From assembly GCA_028819305.1 (NCBI GenBank), contig JAPPLY010000057.1, positions 30,432-94,431 of the forward strand: a stretch of 64,000 nucleotides of DNA. The letters are read 5' to 3'. Shown here piece after piece: positions 62,438 to 64,000 of the stretch. A program made the position numbers and the translations under genes. The notes beneath the pieces are model-generated. The model made no database searches and was not told the DNA's origin. It saw nothing but the letters and a program-made list of their open reading frames with translations. The stretch comes from Bdellovibrionales bacterium (lineage in GTDB: Bacteria > Bdellovibrionota > Bdellovibrionia > Bdellovibrionales > UBA1609). How positions within the stretch are numbered: the stretch's first letter is position 1; each line of letters opens with the position of its first letter.

Positions 62438-64000
62438 GGAGAATTTCTCCGGAGTTTATAGAGCAGATCCGAATGGCCAATGATATCGTGGATGTTATTG
62501 GAGAGGATACGTTTTTAAAACGGGTGGGAGTTCGTTATATGGGGTGTTGTCCCTTTCCTTCTCATAATGAAAAGACCCCTAGTTTTTCTGTTTCCCCTGA
62601 TAAGCAACTCTATCACTGTTTTGGTTGTGGTCAGTCTGGAAATATCTTTACTTATCTTCAAGTAAAACGAGGTATGGATTTTGTGGAAGCCTTAAAACAA
62701 TTAGCTCATAGAGTGGGTTTATCTCTCCCAGAAGGTTCAGAACAGGAGGAAGACAAAACATATCAGAGGCGAAAAAAGTTATTGGAGATCAATTTGTTTG
62801 CTTGTGATTTTTATGAAAACTCTTTGTTGGCCTTATCTCCATCTCATATTGTAAAACAATATTTAAAAGAGCGGAATTTATCAGATGAAACTGTAAAAAA
62901 ATTTCGACTAGGTTATGCACCAGCTAGTTGGGATGGCCTGTTTTCTCATTTAAAGAAAAAAAGATATGGTGATCTGGATTTGGCTCTAGATTTGGGTTTG
63001 ATTAAAAAGAAAGAGGATCATTGCTATGATTTTTTTCGTAATCGCCTCATGTTTCCCGTATTTGCGAAAAATGGCAAGGATATTTTGGGGTTTGGAGGGA
63101 GAACATTTTCAGCAGATCAGGCCAAATATATTAATAGTGCAGATTCCTTTGTTTTTCATAAAGGGCGCACTTTCTATGGTTGGCAAAAGGCCACAGGTTT
63201 TATTCGAAACGCGGGAAAAGCCCTAGTTGTAGAAGGTTATACTGATTATCTGAGTTTATATCAAAGAGATATAAAAAATGTGGTGGCAACTTTAGGAACA
63301 GCTCTGACAGAAGATCATGCCCGTTGGCTTTCTCAATATGCGGAACAGGTCATTTTATCTTTTGATGGAGATGAAGCTGGTGGACGAGCGGCGGAAAGGA
63401 GTTTGAGTGTATTACTTGCTTCCGGGTTAATTCCTAAGATATTAAAGTTAGAAGAAGGTATGGACCCCGATTCTTTTATTCGTCTTCAAGGAAAAGAGGC
63501 TTTACAGAAAAAAGCAGAGGTCGCTCAGGATCTTTTTTTATATTTATTTTTACAGGAGTTAAAGAAGTATCCTGCCGGAGTGGATCGCTTATCTTTAATT
63601 GAAAAAATAGCTCATTTGTTGGTTCAAACAAAAAAAGAAGTGTTAAGGAAGTACTATACTGATCGTTTTTTAGATAGCTTTGGTTTCGATGAAAAAGTGG
63701 CGCGGGAAGCTTTAAGAAAGGCTTTGAAGAAAAAAACTAATAAAATAAACCAAAGATCTTATTTTCGACCAGACCCTGTCTCTGTTCGGGACCAATATGG
63801 TTCTGACCCTGCTCCAAAGCTAAAAAAAGCCCATCCAGATCGGAAAAAAGAAAAACTTTCTCTCCAATCGGCTCCCCGAGCGGAATTATATCTTTTGATA
63901 TTATCTTTACAGAATCTGGATTATTATACCATCATCAAGGCTTCCGGTGTGCTTAAAAGGTTAAGCCATGCGGGTATTGTCAAAATGTTTCAAGTGATGG
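62434..64000 (+). CDS. dnaG: DNA primase DnaG, N-terminal ~522 codons (3' end lies outside the window)
   Basis: ATGA overlap with yqeY. Zinc finger CCPFPSHNEKTPSFSVSPDKQLYHCFGCGQSGN. Toprim VVEGYTDYLSLYQ...VVATLGTALTEDH checked to be in frame. Absent from the ORF track because it is open at the window edge. Confidence 0.9.
   Translation, partial: MRRISPEFIEQIRMANDIVDVIGEDTFLKRVGVRYMGCCPFPSHNEKTPSFSVSPDKQLYHCFGCGQSGNIFTYLQVKRGMDFVEALKQLAHRVGLSLPEGSEQEEDKTYQRRKKLLEINLFACDFYENSLLALSPSHIVKQYLKERNLSDETVKKFRLGYAPASWDGLFSHLKKKRYGDLDLALDLGLIKKKEDHCYDFFRNRLMFPVFAKNGKDILGFGGRTFSADQAKYINSADSFVFHKGRTFYGWQKATGFIRNAGKALVVEGYTDYLSLYQRDIKNVVATLGTALTEDHARWLSQYAEQVILSFDGDEAGGRAAERSLSVLLASGLIPKILKLEEGMDPDSFIRLQGKEALQKKAEVAQDLFLYLFLQELKKYPAGVDRLSLIEKIAHLLVQTKKEVLRKYYTDRFLDSFGFDEKVAREALRKALKKKTNKINQRSYFRPDPVSVRDQYGSDPAPKLKKAHPDRKKEKLSLQSAPRAELYLLILSLQNLDYYTIIKASGVLKRLSHAGIVKMFQVM

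Overview
The window is AT-rich chromosomal DNA from a Gram-negative bacterium. The gene content looks like a Bdellovibrio-like predator: MglA without MglB, PilT, a TadG-like protein, TonB and menaquinone genes. That taxonomic guess is inference only. About 56 protein genes can be supported. Most are housekeeping: mltG', dppBC-like permeases, nagZ, priA, rpsB-tsf-pyrH-frr-uppS-cdsA-rseP-tsaB-rluD, recR, dnaX, menB-menA-menC-menE, a polyprenyl synthase, nth, thiBPQ, a transketolase-like enzyme, tatA, mutY, alaS, recX, pilT, cinA-C, recA, tadA, rpsU, yqeY and dnaG'. I found no rRNA, tRNA, transposase, integrase, cas gene or convincing CRISPR array. Five things stand out. (1) A mosaic, hairpin-rich short repeat family (here 'family E') starts near ATACCGAACCGGTMWRG and ends near GGGATCAAAYCAGATCAGTAT. 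It has at least 14 full or partial copies in 64 kb. Three copies sit in frame inside real genes (menE, cdsA, thiP), which recalls the Rickettsia palindromic elements. (2) Decaying tandem copies of gene 3' ends, each spanning the stop codon, lie downstream of dppC, mglA, the tonB-like gene and nagZ. They include a hicBA toxin-antitoxin cassette enclosed by nested direct repeats of 209/210 bp and 30 bp. (3) An AT-rich three-gene envelope operon encodes an LRR protein, a 1163-aa polytopic protein and a 189-aa protein, all of unknown function. (4) An orphan M.FokI-like double Dam-type methyltransferase sits in a very AT-rich islet between tatA and mutY. (5) The MglA GTPase carries substitutions at both catalytic hot-spot positions (G21V, Q82N) and is translationally adjacent to recR. 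All coordinates and alignments were done by eye, and no database search was possible.
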